DNA of 64,000 nucleotides, taken from the sequence record OQ067374.1; one strand, written 5' to 3'. The DNA comes from Escherichia phage a20. Below, piece by piece: positions 21,749 through 33,213 of the stretch; within the stretch, counting starts at the first letter, position 1; every line of letters starts with the position of its first letter. The notes below the pieces were generated by a model that was not told where the DNA came from, did not search any database, and was given only the letters and a program-made list of their open reading frames with translations. Position numbers and translations under genes: made by a program.

Positions 21749-22666
21749 TCAGAATTCATTAATTACACTTGTTAATTTAGAAAGACCAGATTTTACAAAG
21801 TATGAATAAATCTTGCCTTTAGGTTGTGGTTTATATGAGTTATAATACTCTATAATGGTTGAAGCAATATTATCAGGGATATAATCAAAATCAATGAGAA
21901 CCAAATTTTCTTGATACCGTTTATATTCTTCAGCACTTAATAATACTTCAGCTTGAGAACGGTCGTTAGCAATTGCTTCAATAATTGATGTTTTCATGCT
22001 TGGAGTTCGTTCACCATCAACTCTGGTAAACCAGAAGTCGCCACGAACTCGAACCGATGCGACACCATCCTTACGGTCACCTTTAAGAATTTTAGTCATG
22101 CAATCAATTTCAGCAGAACCGTTCTTAATTTTAACCCATTTTTTCTGTGGTGGCGACCACTGTTTAACGTTAGGATATTTGTGTAATTGTGTAAAGTCAC
22201 CATCTGATGCAACAATACATACCTTATGACCAGCTAATGACAAATATTTAGTTAATACACCGATATGGTCATCCGCTTCATACTTGTCAATATCCATTAC
22301 AACGTATGGCATGTATTTCTTAATCTCATCAACAACTTGATGGAGTGCAGTAAAATATCCTTCCCAATCCCACTTTGAAGCTTCACGATCGGTTTTGCGA
22401 TTTTTCTTGTAATAGTAAGCAAAGTCACGACGCCAATAACCTGAAGTAGCATTATCCATACACAATACAAATTTTGTATAGCCTTGCTTACGGAACATCA
22501 CTACGTTTTTACGAATTGAATTCAAGATTACATGTCGAACCATTGGAACAGTAATTTTATCACCGTCTTCAAAGTTGTTTAATGCGGCTGCCAACGCAAT
22601 GTTACTAAAGTCGGCAAGTGCAATACCTTCTTTGTAATCTTCATCCAACATCATTTCTAAATCCAT
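21749..22666 (-). CDS. rnh: RNase H (5'-3' exonuclease, FEN family)
   Basis: 305 aa; same length as T4 RNase H, start MDLEMMLDEDYKEG. Confidence 0.9.
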   Translation of the reverse strand: MDLEMMLDEDYKEGIALADFSNIALAAALNNFEDGDKITVPMVRHVILNSIRKNVVMFRKQGYTKFVLCMDNATSGYWRRDFAYYYKKNRKTDREASKWDWEGYFTALHQVVDEIKKYMPYVVMDIDKYEADDHIGVLTKYLSLAGHKVCIVASDGDFTQLHKYPNVKQWSPPQKKWVKIKNGSAEIDCMTKILKGDRKDGVASVRVRGDFWFTRVDGERTPSMKTSIIEAIANDRSQAEVLLSAEEYKRYQENLVLIDFDYIPDNIASTIIEYYNSYKPQPKGKIYSYFVKSGLSKLTSVINEF

Positions 22667-22694
22667 ATGAACCTCTTGTTCAGTTAGTCAACTT

Positions 22695-22730
22695 GTCTAT
22701 AGTAACACACTCATTTGAAAGCGTAAACTG
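22695..22730 (-). promoter_or_regulatory. early promoter for rnh, PeSL-like
   Basis: GTTTAC-N17-TTACTATAG on minus strand. Confidence 0.5.
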
Positions 22731-22731
22731 G

Positions 22732-22739
22732 TATAAATA
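22732..22739 (+). promoter_or_regulatory. late promoter TATAAATA for gene 34
   Basis: exact TATAAATA about 30 nt upstream of AAGGA SD and ATG 22770. Confidence 0.65.
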
Positions 22740-22769
22740 AGTATTATTGAAACAATAAAGGAAAAACGA

Positions 22770-25700
22770 ATGGCCGACATCAAACGTAAGTTCAGAGCCG
22801 AAGACGGTCTGGACGCCGGTGGCGACAAGATTGTTAACGTAGCATTAGCCGACCGTACAGTAGGTACTGATGGCGTAAACGTTGACTTCCTGGTACAAGA
22901 AAACACCGTTCAAGTATATGATTCTACGCGTGGATATAACAAAGGATTTGTTGTTCTTTATGACAACCGTTTATATCAAGCAATAAATGATATCGTGTCT
23001 CCTTCCGGGGCATTTAACCTTTTACAATGGCGTGCAGTTCGTACTGATGCACAATGGATAACTGTCGCTTCTGGGACTTATCAACTTTCTTCAGGTGAAT
23101 CGATTTCGGTTAACACTGGTGCCGGCAATGATATGGTTTTCACGTTGCCAAATGCGCCGGTTGATGGTGACACTATTGTTTTGGCTGATATTGGTGGAAG
23201 AACCGGGACAGTTAAAGTACAGATTAACGCGTCTGTGCAGAGTATTTTAAACTTTAGAGGCGAACAAGTTCGTACAGTTTTAATGACGCGTCCGCGTTCA
23301 CAACTAGTGTTTGTGTTTAGTAATCGTTTGTGGCAGATGTATATTACCGATTATGGTAAAGAATCAATCACTGTTACACCTGCGACACCATATCAAGCAC
23401 AAGCAAATGATTTTATCGTTCGTCGTTTTACTAGTGCAGCACCAATCAACATTACACTTCCACGTAATGCTAACAATGGTGATATAATCAGCCTAGTCGA
23501 TTTAGATAAATTAAACCCACTGTATCATACGATTATTAAAACATTTGATGATACAACGTCTATTGGCGAAGTCGGGACTCATATCGTCGAAGGTAGAACT
23601 TCTTCTGACGCGTTTTTTGTTTTTGATGCTGCAAGTAGTTTATGGCGTATATGGGAAGGCGACCAGAAATCGCGTCTTCGTATTATCCGTGCGGATTCAA
23701 ATATTCGCCCAAATGAAGAAGTTCTTATTTTTGGTACAAATAACGCTACAGCAGAAACTATTAACCTTACGCTTCCTACAGGAATTTTGACCGGTGATAC
23801 TGTTAAAATTTCAATGAACTACATGCGTAAAGGCCAAACAGTAAAAATTAAAGCTGCCGAAGGTGATACAATTGCTTCTTCTGTTGCATTACTTCAGTTC
23901 CCTAAACGTTCTGAATATCCACCTGATGCTCAATGGGTCTCTGTTACTGAACTAGAATTCAATGGCACTACTTCATATGTTCCTGTATTAGAATTAGCGT
24001 ATATCGAAGACACCGTTGCTGGTACAAGTTATTGGGTTGTTCAACAAAACGTCCCAACTGTAGAACGTGTCGATGCTGGAACTGATGCTACACGAGCTCG
24101 TTTAGGTGTTATTGCTCTTGCTACTCAAGCGCAAGCAAATGTTGATTTTGAAAATTCTCCGGCTAAAGAAGTTGCTATTACTCCTGAAACGTTGGCAAAT
24201 CGTACAGCAACTGAAGCTCGACGTGGTATCGCTAAAATTGCTACAACAGCACAAGTTAACCAGAATTCCACAGCAGCATTTGTGGACGATACTATTGTTA
24301 CGCCTAAAAAACTAAATGAGCGTACAGCAACTGAAACTCGTCGCGGACTTGCTGAAATTGCTACTCAGGTTGAAACCGATGCTGGTCTTGATGACACAAC
24401 GATTATTACACCTAAGAAATTGCAGGCACGTCAGGGTTCTGAAACACTATCTGGTATAGTTAAATATGTATCAACTACTTCTGCTACTCCTGCTGAAACT
24501 CGTGGGGCTGCAGGCACTAACGTTTATAATAAAACCGTAAATAATTTAACTATTTCTCCTAAAGCCCTTGACCAATATAAAGCAACTTATGCTCAACAAG
24601 GTGCAGTAATTTTAGCTGTTGATAGTGAAGTAATTGCCGGACAATCTCAAGCAGGTTATTCTCACGCTGTAGTAACTCCTGAAACACTACATAAGAAAAC
24701 TTCTACTGATGGACGTATTGGTTTAATTGAAATTGCTACGCAAGCAGAAACTAATGCTGGGACTGATTATACACGTGCAGTAACGCCTAAGACGTTAAAT
24801 GATAGGAGAGCGACGGAAGGATTATCCGGCATAGCCGAACTTGCTACGCAAGTCGAATTTGATACTGGAACTGACGATACTCGTATCTCAACTCCACTGA
24901 AAATTAAAACTCATTTTGATTCTTCTGACCGTACCAGTGTTAATTCTGATTCCGGACTTATTGAAGAAGGAACCTTGTGGAACCATTATACTCTTGATAT
25001 TTCTAAAGCAAATGAAACACAACGTGGTACACTTCGCGTAGCGACTCAGGCAGAATCTAATGCAGGAACTTTAGATGATGTTCTTATTACTCCTAAAAAG
25101 CTTTTAGGGACTAAGTCCACTGAAACGTCTGAAGGTGTAATTAAGGTTGCTACTCGGGCTGAAACTGTAACAGGAACTTCTGCTAATACTGCTGTATCGC
25201 CTAAGAATTTAAAATGGATTGTCCAGAATGAACCAACATGGGCTGCTACTACGGCAATTCGTGGATTCGTTAAAACTTCATCCGGTTCTATTACATTCGT
25301 TGGTAATGATACAGTTGGTTCTACCCAAGATTTAGAACTGTATGAAAAAAATAGCTATGCGGTATCACCATATGAATTAAATCGCGTATTAGCAAATTAT
25401 TTGCCATTGAAAGCTAAAGCCGTAGATAGTAATTTATTAGATGGACTAGATTCATCTCAGTTCATTCGTAGGGATATTGCACAGACGGTTAATGGTTCAC
25501 TAACCTTAACGAAACAAACTAATCTGAGTGCCCCTCTTGTATCATCTAGTACTGCTACGTTTGGTGGGTCAGTTTCGGCAAATAGTACATTAACTATTTC
25601 TAACTCCGGAACAGCTACTCGTCTGATTTTTGAGAAAGGACCTCAAACTGGAACTAACCCAGCACAGACGATGACTATCAGAGTTTGGGGAAATGAATTT

Positions 25701-26645
25701 GGCGGTGGTTCAGATACAACACGTTCTACTGTATTTGAAGTTGGCGATGAAACATCTAATCACTTTTATTCTCAACGTAATAAAGCTGGGAATATAACGT
25801 TTAGCATTAATGGTACTGTGATGCCAATAAATGTTAACGCTTCAGGCACGTTAAATGCGAATGGCGTTGCAACATTTGGTCGTTCAGTTACAGCCAATGG
25901 TGAATTCATTAGCAAGTCTGCAAATGCTTTCAGAGCAATTAGTGGTGATTACGGATTCTTTATTCGTAATGATGGCGGCAGCACATATTTTATGCTTACT
26001 GCATCTGGTGATCAGACCGGCGGATTTAATGGATTACGTCCATTATCAATTAATAATCAATCCGGTCAAGTAACGATTGGTGAAGGCTTAATCATTGCCA
26101 AAGGTGCTACTATAAATTCAGATGGTTTGACTGTTAACTCGAGAATTCGTTCTCAGGGCACTAAAACATCTGATTTATACACCCGCGCACCAACATCTGA
26201 TACAGTAGGATTCTGGTCAATCGATATTAACGATTCAGCCACTTATAACCAGTTCCCAGGTTATTTTAAAATGGTTGAAAAAACTAATGAAGTGACTGGG
26301 CTTCCATACTTAGAACGTGGCGAAGAAGTTAAATCTCCTGGTACATTGACTCAGTTTGGTAACACACTTGATTCGCTTTACCAAGATTGGATTACTTATC
26401 CAACAACTCCAGAAGCACGTACAACCCGTTGGACACGTACATGGCAGAAAACTAAAAATTCTTGGTCAAGTTTTGTTCAGGTATTTGATGGTGGAAACCC
26501 TCCTCAACCTTCTGATATTGGTGCTTTACCTTCTGATAATGCAACAATCGGAAACTTGACAATAAGGGATTTCTTAAGGATTGGTAATGTCCGCATTATT
26601 CCGGACCCTGTGAATAAATCTGTTAAATTCGAGTGGATTGAATAA
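22770..26645 (+). CDS. 34: long tail fibre proximal subunit gp34
   Basis: 1291 aa versus T4 1289; internal repeated motifs. Confidence 0.92.
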   Translation: MADIKRKFRAEDGLDAGGDKIVNVALADRTVGTDGVNVDFLVQENTVQVYDSTRGYNKGFVVLYDNRLYQAINDIVSPSGAFNLLQWRAVRTDAQWITVASGTYQLSSGESISVNTGAGNDMVFTLPNAPVDGDTIVLADIGGRTGTVKVQINASVQSILNFRGEQVRTVLMTRPRSQLVFVFSNRLWQMYITDYGKESITVTPATPYQAQANDFIVRRFTSAAPINITLPRNANNGDIISLVDLDKLNPLYHTIIKTFDDTTSIGEVGTHIVEGRTSSDAFFVFDAASSLWRIWEGDQKSRLRIIRADSNIRPNEEVLIFGTNNATAETINLTLPTGILTGDTVKISMNYMRKGQTVKIKAAEGDTIASSVALLQFPKRSEYPPDAQWVSVTELEFNGTTSYVPVLELAYIEDTVAGTSYWVVQQNVPTVERVDAGTDATRARLGVIALATQAQANVDFENSPAKEVAITPETLANRTATEARRGIAKIATTAQVNQNSTAAFVDDTIVTPKKLNERTATETRRGLAEIATQVETDAGLDDTTIITPKKLQARQGSETLSGIVKYVSTTSATPAETRGAAGTNVYNKTVNNLTISPKALDQYKATYAQQGAVILAVDSEVIAGQSQAGYSHAVVTPETLHKKTSTDGRIGLIEIATQAETNAGTDYTRAVTPKTLNDRRATEGLSGIAELATQVEFDTGTDDTRISTPLKIKTHFDSSDRTSVNSDSGLIEEGTLWNHYTLDISKANETQRGTLRVATQAESNAGTLDDVLITPKKLLGTKSTETSEGVIKVATRAETVTGTSANTAVSPKNLKWIVQNEPTWAATTAIRGFVKTSSGSITFVGNDTVGSTQDLELYEKNSYAVSPYELNRVLANYLPLKAKAVDSNLLDGLDSSQFIRRDIAQTVNGSLTLTKQTNLSAPLVSSSTATFGGSVSANSTLTISNSGTATRLIFEKGPQTGTNPAQTMTIRVWGNEFGGGSDTTRSTVFEVGDETSNHFYSQRNKAGNITFSINGTVMPINVNASGTLNANGVATFGRSVTANGEFISKSANAFRAISGDYGFFIRNDGGSTYFMLTASGDQTGGFNGLRPLSINNQSGQVTIGEGLIIAKGATINSDGLTVNSRIRSQGTKTSDLYTRAPTSDTVGFWSIDINDSATYNQFPGYFKMVEKTNEVTGLPYLERGEEVKSPGTLTQFGNTLDSLYQDWITYPTTPEARTTRWTRTWQKTKNSWSSFVQVFDGGNPPQPSDIGALPSDNATIGNLTIRDFLRIGNVRIIPDPVNKSVKFEWIE

Positions 26646-26653
26646 GAGGTATT

Positions 26654-27781
26654 ATGGAAAAATTTATGGCTAAGTTTGGACAAGGATACGTCCAAACGCC
26701 ATTTTTATCGGAAAGCAATTCAGTACGATTTAAATTAAGCATAGCGGGCTCTTGCCCGCTATCAACATCTCCTGCTTATATTAAGTTTCAAGATAATCCA
26801 CTTGGGTCTCAGGTTTTTTCCGTTGGATTAAACGTTCGTGTAATAAATCCTACAACAGGTGCAGTAGTTGAATCTAAGACATATAATTTCTCTACTGAAA
26901 ACGACGCCACGTCAAGTGCATTTGTTACTTTCATGGACACATATGCTTCAAATTTTATATTTGCTCTTGTTACCAACGCTAAAACAAACTTTCCACCTGA
27001 AGTTCTTGCATGGTTTACTAAAGCTGGGAGTTCTGCTATTCCATTAGCTCAACAAGTTTTAAATATAGTGGACATTTCTTATTCTGCATTTTATATTTCT
27101 GGTAAGAATGCTATAGCACTAGAACATATTAAGTATAGTAATAAGAAAACTTCAACCGACTATAGTACACCACTTGATGTTGTGTACGACACGATCGATG
27201 ATATTGGTGCTACCGGCTTCCCTAGTCGTACGTACGAATCGACAGACACATTTTTATCTGCTGTTGGAGGTACTAATAATGAAATTAAAAGGATGCCTAC
27301 AACGTCCATTATTACACCTCTCGCTGGGTATAAATTGAAGCCTGGAGATTTCCTTTATATGAAATTCCAACTAATGGCCGATGCTGATTTGTTAGCACAA
27401 GGGACGACACGACTTTCTATTCGTTTCTTTAAATCTCCTTCTACTTCACCTATTTCATTTAAGGATACAAACTTTGATGGGGTTGCAGGTGAATGGAAGA
27501 TATATGAAGACTACATAGAAATTCCTGCTGATGCCGACGGGTTCACGATTTATTGTTATCGTACAGCTCCAGTCGGGCAAGGTGGATTAAGAAACGTTAT
27601 ATTCACTGAAGTATCATGTAATGGAAGCGTTTCAAAACCTGCTGAGTTTGGTATAAATGGTATTCGTGTAAATTATGTTTCAGAGTCTTTAAGTGCCCCA
27701 GACATAATGACATTACCTACTCAATCTTCAACTGATACTGGTAAGGTATTTGGACAAGAATTTAAAGAAGCATCAGAATAA
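26654..27781 (+). CDS. 35: long tail fibre hinge connector gp35
   Basis: 375 aa; position and size as T4 gp35. Confidence 0.85.
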   Translation: MEKFMAKFGQGYVQTPFLSESNSVRFKLSIAGSCPLSTSPAYIKFQDNPLGSQVFSVGLNVRVINPTTGAVVESKTYNFSTENDATSSAFVTFMDTYASNFIFALVTNAKTNFPPEVLAWFTKAGSSAIPLAQQVLNIVDISYSAFYISGKNAIALEHIKYSNKKTSTDYSTPLDVVYDTIDDIGATGFPSRTYESTDTFLSAVGGTNNEIKRMPTTSIITPLAGYKLKPGDFLYMKFQLMADADLLAQGTTRLSIRFFKSPSTSPISFKDTNFDGVAGEWKIYEDYIEIPADADGFTIYCYRTAPVGQGGLRNVIFTEVSCNGSVSKPAEFGINGIRVNYVSESLSAPDIMTLPTQSSTDTGKVFGQEFKEASE

Positions 27782-27786
27782 ATTTA

Positions 27787-27804
27787 GGGAGACTTCGGTC
27801 TCCC
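27787..27804 (+). terminator. intrinsic terminator hairpin after gene 35
   Basis: GGGAGAC-UUCG-GUCUCCC followed by AUUUUU. Confidence 0.6.
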
Positions 27805-27811
27805 ATTTTTG

Positions 27812-27819
27812 TATAAATA
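27812..27819 (+). promoter_or_regulatory. late promoter TATAAATA for gene 36
   Basis: exact TATAAATA then TAAGGAGA SD and ATG 27844. Confidence 0.65.
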
Positions 27820-27843
27820 TGGTATACATATAAGGAGACAACT

Positions 27844-28509
27844 ATGGCCGATTTAAAAGCTGGTAGTACAACTGGCGGTGCCGTTATATGGCATCAAGGT
27901 AATTTCCCTTTAATGCCAGCAGGTGATGACGTCCTGTATAAAACGTTTAAACTCTATTCAGAATATAATAAACCACAAGCGGCTGATAACGATTTCGTTT
28001 CTAAAGCAAATGGTGGTACGTATGCCGCTCGAGTAACATTTAATAATGGTGTGCAAATACCATATGCTATAAACAATACAAACCAAAGCGGTATTTTTCC
28101 TGGTAACGGTGATGCAGCTACTTTTGTTACAGCAAATATTGACATCGTTTCGTGGTATGGTATTGGTTTTAAATCATCACAAGGATCCGCCGGGAGAACT
28201 GTAGTAATCAATACACGTAATGGTGATATTAATACAAAAGGCGTTGTGTCGGCAGCTGGTCAAGTAAGAAGCGATATGACTGCTCCGGTTGCAGCAAATG
28301 ATCTCACAAGAAAAGATTATGTTGATGGACGAATAAATATTGTTACGGATAACGCAAATTCCCGTGTATTGCGTAAAGGCGATACCATGACTGGTACTTT
28401 AACAGCACCAAACTTTTTCTCACAGAATCCGGCGTCTGAGGCTAATCATGTTCCTCGTTTCGACCAGATTGTAATTAAAGATTCTGTTCAAGATTTCGGC
28501 TATTATTAA
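27844..28509 (+). CDS. 36: long tail fibre distal connector gp36
   Basis: 221 aa, same as T4 gp36. Confidence 0.85.
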   Translation: MADLKAGSTTGGAVIWHQGNFPLMPAGDDVLYKTFKLYSEYNKPQAADNDFVSKANGGTYAARVTFNNGVQIPYAINNTNQSGIFPGNGDAATFVTANIDIVSWYGIGFKSSQGSAGRTVVINTRNGDINTKGVVSAAGQVRSDMTAPVAANDLTRKDYVDGRINIVTDNANSRVLRKGDTMTGTLTAPNFFSQNPASEANHVPRFDQIVIKDSVQDFGYY

Positions 28510-28517
28510 GAGGACTT

Positions 28518-31500
28518 ATGGCTACATTAAAACAGATACAATTTAAAAGAAGCAAAGTAGCAGGAGTTAATCCTACTGCAGCACAATTAGCCGAAGGCGA
28601 ATTAGCGATAAACTTAAAAGATCGAACTCTTTTTACTAAAGATGACCTCGGTAATATTATTAGCCTAGGCTTTGCTAAGGGCGGGGATATTAACGGTAAT
28701 GTAACTCAAAATGGCGATTATTTACAAAACGGTACATATAATCTTAATGGAAACCAGTTTGTTTATGCAGGAAAATATATTGAATTTTTACCTAAAATAG
28801 CTGGTAATGGCGCTTGGGCAAATCAACACCTAAATAAAGCCCCTATCTTTACAGATTTGAGTTCAACTACCTCAGTATCAGAATATCATCCTCTGATTAA
28901 GCAACGTTATAAAGACGGTACTTTTTCTGCCGGTACATTAGTAAACGAAGGTAGTTTTAAATTCCATTATATTGATGAAACCGGGACTTCAAAATATTGG
29001 ACTTTTAATCGAAATGGTAATTTCATCGTAGATTCCGGTAGTATTGAAGTTCGTACCGGTAATATTTCTGCTTCAGGCAATATAAACTCTGCTAATGGTA
29101 TTATCACCGGTCCTGAAATTGTTACTAAAAATATTAATTTTAGTACAAAAAGATTTGTAGCTAATGCTAACATTGGATATGATTGGGTTTCTTTACCTAC
29201 TTGGGTTTATAACCCACCGGCTGATGGTTCTGATAATACTACTAACGGTTTAAACTATTTGCGTAAATTGCGTGCATCAAGTGCATCAAGTATTTTCCAT
29301 GAAATTGCCGATTGCCGAAAAGGTAAGCCACAAGAAATTTCTTGGTGGACAGGTGTAGGCCCGGAATCTTTCCAATGGGCGTTTGATACCTCCGGTCGTA
29401 TTACTGCAGGTAAATCGATTTCGGTAGGTCTTCCTGATAATGGTACAAATGGACGTTATCCTTTAGATTCTGCGATTTCTATAGGTATTGCAATTGGTGA
29501 TAACGACACCGGTATTAAATGGGTCCGCGACGGTGTTATTGATTTCATGGCTAACGGTATTTCATCCGCTACCATTTTGAATAAAGGTATTAACAGCACT
29601 AAGAAATTGATGGTCGGTTATAGCCGCGATTCTGGTACTACTTGGGATTACCCAAATAACAACCAAGCAATGTTTACTGCGCGTACCGATGTTGATGGTA
29701 ATAATAATGGTGATGGTCAAACTCATATCGGTTATAGCAGTAATTCTAAAATGTATCACTATTTCCGTGGCACGGGTCGTATGTCCATTAGTATGGGTGA
29801 TGGGCTTCTTGTTGAGCCTGGCATTTTAGATATTAAAACCGGTTCAAATTCGTTAAATTTGCGTGCTGATGGTACCATCGCTTCTGTTCAAACATTAAAA
29901 CTTAATAATGGATTATATTTTAATGGTGATGGAACTAATGCTTCTCTAGTTTTTAAAGCAGCTTCAGGTATTGATGGCACTAAGCAAATTTTGTGGGAAG
30001 GCGGTACTCGTGCTGGTCAGAATAAAAGCTATGTAACTGTTAAAGCATGGGGTAATTCATTTAACGCATCTGGCGATCGTAATCGTGAAACGGTTTTTGA
30101 AGTATCAGATGGGCAAGGATATTATTTTTATTCACAGCGTGTGGCTCCAAGTGGCTCTGAAACTACTGGGCCTGTTGTAACCCAGTTCAATGGACAAGTT
30201 AATGCTAGAGGAAGTATTATTACTGACGGAAGTTTTAAAGTTAATGGATTAAGCACTTTAGTCGGTAATGTTACCATGTCTAATGGTTTGTTTGTCCAAG
30301 GTGGTTCTTCTATTACTGGACAAGTTAAAATTGGCGGAACGGCAGATGCATTAAGAATTTGGAATGCCGAATACGGTGCTATTTTCCGACGTTCTGAAGA
30401 TAAGCTTTATATTATTCCAACTCCGCAGAATGCCGGTGAATCAGGTGGTATTTCTAATTTACGTCCGTTCTATATTACATTAAGTGATGGTCAAGTTTCT
30501 ATGGACCATGTAGTAGATATAGGCGGCGGTAGATTTAAAGTAGATACAACCGGTACTACGGCTGGACAACGCATAACAGTAAATATGGCGTCAGATGCTA
30601 TTAGAATAAATGCCCCAACACAAGAATCTTCTAACTTCATCCAAGGACGTAAAGCGGATGTTCCGAAATGGTATTTAGGTATTGGCGATGGCGGTAACGT
30701 CGTTCGTATGCACAGTTACACCTACTCCCATGGTATTGCATTAAACTCTGATACGGTTGATATAGCTAAACCTCTTAGAATAGGTTCAGCTCAATTAGGT
30801 ACTGATGGTAATATCACCGGTGGTTCTGGCAACTTTGCTAACTTGAATACCACAATAAATAACCTTAAGACGGATATTGTGTCGAGTTATCCAATTGGTG
30901 CTCCGATTCCTTGGCCTACTGATACACCTCCTGATGGTTATGCCATAATGGAAGGTCAAACATTTGATGTTGGCTTGTATCCTAAGTTAGCTGCGGTGTA
31001 TCCTTCCGGCGCTCTGCCTGATATGCGTGGTCAAACTATCAAGGGTAAACCATCTGGGCGCGCTGTATTAAGTACAGAAGCAGACGGTGTTAAGTCACAT
31101 AGCCATAGTGCAAGTGCATCAAGCACAGATTTGGGTACTAAGACCACTTCTAGTTTTGATTACGGTACTAAAACATCTTCAAGCTTTGATTATGGTACTA
31201 AGACCAGCAATACCACTGGTAACCATAACCATACAGTGAGTGGTAATACTGGTTCTGCTGGTGCACACCAACATGCGCGTTCAGGCCCTCAGGTACAAGG
31301 CGGCATACCCACTAGCGTATTCTATGATGGATACAATAGTGCGGGTCCAAACGGCAACGCTAAATTCACTGCAACCGTGAGCGGTGCTACTGCATCGTCG
31401 AATATGGCCAAAACTTCTTCAGACGGTGCCCACACCCATAGTTGGTCAGGAACTACTAGCGCTACGGGTAACCATGCTCATACTGTGGGTATTGGTGCTC

Positions 31501-31643
31501 ATACCCATTCGGTAGGTATTGGTGCTCATACGCATACTGTTGCAATTGGTTCCCATGGACATACAATAACTGTAAATGCCACAGGAAATACAGAAAACAC
31601 AGTTAAAAACGTTGCTTTTAACTATATCGTTCGTTTAGCATAA
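28518..31643 (+). CDS. 37: long tail fibre distal subunit gp37 (receptor-binding)
   Basis: 1041 aa; C-terminal His-box repeats ([16 protein letters not shown]...) of the T4-type tip. Confidence 0.9.
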   Translation: MATLKQIQFKRSKVAGVNPTAAQLAEGELAINLKDRTLFTKDDLGNIISLGFAKGGDINGNVTQNGDYLQNGTYNLNGNQFVYAGKYIEFLPKIAGNGAWANQHLNKAPIFTDLSSTTSVSEYHPLIKQRYKDGTFSAGTLVNEGSFKFHYIDETGTSKYWTFNRNGNFIVDSGSIEVRTGNISASGNINSANGIITGPEIVTKNINFSTKRFVANANIGYDWVSLPTWVYNPPADGSDNTTNGLNYLRKLRASSASSIFHEIADCRKGKPQEISWWTGVGPESFQWAFDTSGRITAGKSISVGLPDNGTNGRYPLDSAISIGIAIGDNDTGIKWVRDGVIDFMANGISSATILNKGINSTKKLMVGYSRDSGTTWDYPNNNQAMFTARTDVDGNNNGDGQTHIGYSSNSKMYHYFRGTGRMSISMGDGLLVEPGILDIKTGSNSLNLRADGTIASVQTLKLNNGLYFNGDGTNASLVFKAASGIDGTKQILWEGGTRAGQNKSYVTVKAWGNSFNASGDRNRETVFEVSDGQGYYFYSQRVAPSGSETTGPVVTQFNGQVNARGSIITDGSFKVNGLSTLVGNVTMSNGLFVQGGSSITGQVKIGGTADALRIWNAEYGAIFRRSEDKLYIIPTPQNAGESGGISNLRPFYITLSDGQVSMDHVVDIGGGRFKVDTTGTTAGQRITVNMASDAIRINAPTQESSNFIQGRKADVPKWYLGIGDGGNVVRMHSYTYSHGIALNSDTVDIAKPLRIGSAQLGTDGNITGGSGNFANLNTTINNLKTDIVSSYPIGAPIPWPTDTPPDGYAIMEGQTFDVGLYPKLAAVYPSGALPDMRGQTIKGKPSGRAVLSTEADGVKSHSHSASASSTDLGTKTTSSFDYGTKTSSSFDYGTKTSNTTGNHNHTVSGNTGSAGAHQHARSGPQVQGGIPTSVFYDGYNSAGPNGNAKFTATVSGATASSNMAKTSSDGAHTHSWSGTTSATGNHAHTVGIGAHTHSVGIGAHTHTVAIGSHGHTITVNATGNTENTVKNVAFNYIVRLA

Positions 31644-31673
31644 GGAGAAGGGACTTCTGTCCCTTTTTATAAT
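31644..31673 (+). promoter_or_regulatory. gene 38 translation initiation region with hairpin between SD and AUG
   Basis: GGAG ... GGGACUUCUGUCCC ... UUUUUAUAAU-AUG; resembles the split-SD arrangement described for T4 gene 38. Confidence 0.5.
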
Positions 31674-32225
31674 ATGAAACTCTATCACTATTATTTTGAC
31701 ACTAAAGAATTTTACAAAGAAGAAAATTATAAACCATTAAAAGGCGTAGGATTTCCGGCTCATTCGACACCAAAAAAACCTTTAGACCCTAAAGAAGGCT
31801 ATGCTGTTGTATTTGATGAACGCGAACAAGAATGGGTATATATTGAAGACCATCGTGGAAAAACAGTATGGACTTATGATAAGCAAAAAATTGTTATTGA
31901 CACTCCAGGTGCTCTTCAAAATGTTACTACAGAAGAACCTGGTGAATTTGACATTTGGACCGACGACGGGTGGAAGGAAGATGAAGCATATAAACGCGTA
32001 GTTCAACGTGATAAGAAAATTCATGAACTCTATAAATTATTCAGTGTTTTAAGTTCTCTTATTGACGCAGAGGTTGCTAATAGAGAAGAAAAACGAAAAT
32101 TTAAAGAGCTCAAAAAATTCTTTGCTCTTTTAGAAAAACATGAACATCTTGGCGGCGAATTCCCTAAATTCCCTGACCTTGAAAACAAATCTATTGTCAA
32201 AGCGATTATAAATATCTTTAAGTAA
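31674..32225 (+). CDS. 38: gp38 tail-fibre assembly chaperone (T4 type)
   Basis: 183 aa; MKLYHYYFDTKEFYKEENYKP... matches T4 gp38. Confidence 0.88.
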   Translation: MKLYHYYFDTKEFYKEENYKPLKGVGFPAHSTPKKPLDPKEGYAVVFDEREQEWVYIEDHRGKTVWTYDKQKIVIDTPGALQNVTTEEPGEFDIWTDDGWKEDEAYKRVVQRDKKIHELYKLFSVLSSLIDAEVANREEKRKFKELKKFFALLEKHEHLGGEFPKFPDLENKSIVKAIINIFK

Positions 32226-32234
32226 GGAGGTATT

Positions 32235-32894
32235 ATGGCAACACCAAAAGTGTCATTTTCGCCTAGTGATATTCTATTTGGGTTGCTAGATCGTATTTTC
32301 AAAGATAACGCTACTGGAAAGGTTTTAATGTCCCGAGTAGCGGTAATTATTCTTTTGTTCCTAATGGCACTAATATGGTACAAAGGAAGTATTTTGCTGG
32401 ATTATTATGTAAGAGCTAAGTATGATACTTATACTGAAATAATCCAAAAAGAACGAGCTTTACGTTTTGAATCTGCGGCTCTAGAACAACTGCAAATAGT
32501 TCATATCTCATCTGGTGCAGATTTTAGTGCTGTGTATTCTTTCAGACCTAAAAACTTAAATTATTTTGTCGACCTTATAGCTTATGAAGGCAAACTACCT
32601 AGCACAATTTCTGAAAAGTCCCTTGGCGGATTCCCGGTGGATAAAACGGCCGATGAATATATAATTCATTTAAGCGGCCGTCATTTCTCATCTAAATCAG
32701 AATTTGCATTTTTGCCTACAAAATCTAAGACTGCCGAACTTTCTTATATGTATAGCTGTCCATACTTTAATTTGGATAACATCTATGCCGGAACTGTGAC
32801 GATGTATTGGTATAAGGGGAATAATATACTTGAGGAGGACCGCTTAGCGGCTATATGCAACCAAGCGGTCCGAATACTAGGAAGGGCTAAATAA
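32235..32894 (+). CDS. t: holin T
   Basis: 219 aa; matches T4 holin including the N-terminal transmembrane segment. Confidence 0.92.
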   Translation: MATPKVSFSPSDILFGLLDRIFKDNATGKVLMSRVAVIILLFLMALIWYKGSILLDYYVRAKYDTYTEIIQKERALRFESAALEQLQIVHISSGADFSAVYSFRPKNLNYFVDLIAYEGKLPSTISEKSLGGFPVDKTADEYIIHLSGRHFSSKSEFAFLPTKSKTAELSYMYSCPYFNLDNIYAGTVTMYWYKGNNILEEDRLAAICNQAVRILGRAK

Positions 32895-33167
32895 TTAGTT
32901 GTTAGAATACATCGCTAAATGACGATAAATATTTTCAAAACCTTCATTGAATTCACTAATCAGTGTTTTCTTTTCTTCGGCAGTTAAATTTGTAATTAGT
33001 TTTCTAAAAGAATTCTGATTTAGCTGCCGACCATCTTTTTTAATTCCAATCTCATTCAAGAATCCGATGAAACTTGCTCGGTCTTCAACAATATCTTCCC
33101 TAGAGAATTTAATCAAAATAGAAGCAATAGTAATAATTTCACGTACGATTTCAATGTCTTTATTCAT
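32895..33167 (-). CDS. asiA: anti-sigma70 protein AsiA
   Basis: 90 aa; MNKDIEIVREIITIASILIKFSREDIVE... matches T4 AsiA. Confidence 0.92.
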   Translation of the reverse strand: MNKDIEIVREIITIASILIKFSREDIVEDRASFIGFLNEIGIKKDGRQLNQNSFRKLITNLTAEEKKTLISEFNEGFENIYRHLAMYSNN

Positions 33168-33213
33168 AACGTTTTATTCATTCCACTTAGTTGATATGGA
33201 TATAGTACCATTA

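Noticed and set aside
22697-22906. 69-aa minus-strand ORF overlapping the gene 34 start
   Set aside because: Antisense to the gene 34 N-terminus and overlaps the divergent promoter region.
24106-24315. Leu/Lys-rich 69-aa plus-strand ORF and similar ORFs inside gene 34
   Set aside because: Alternative-frame artefacts of the repetitive gp34 coding sequence.
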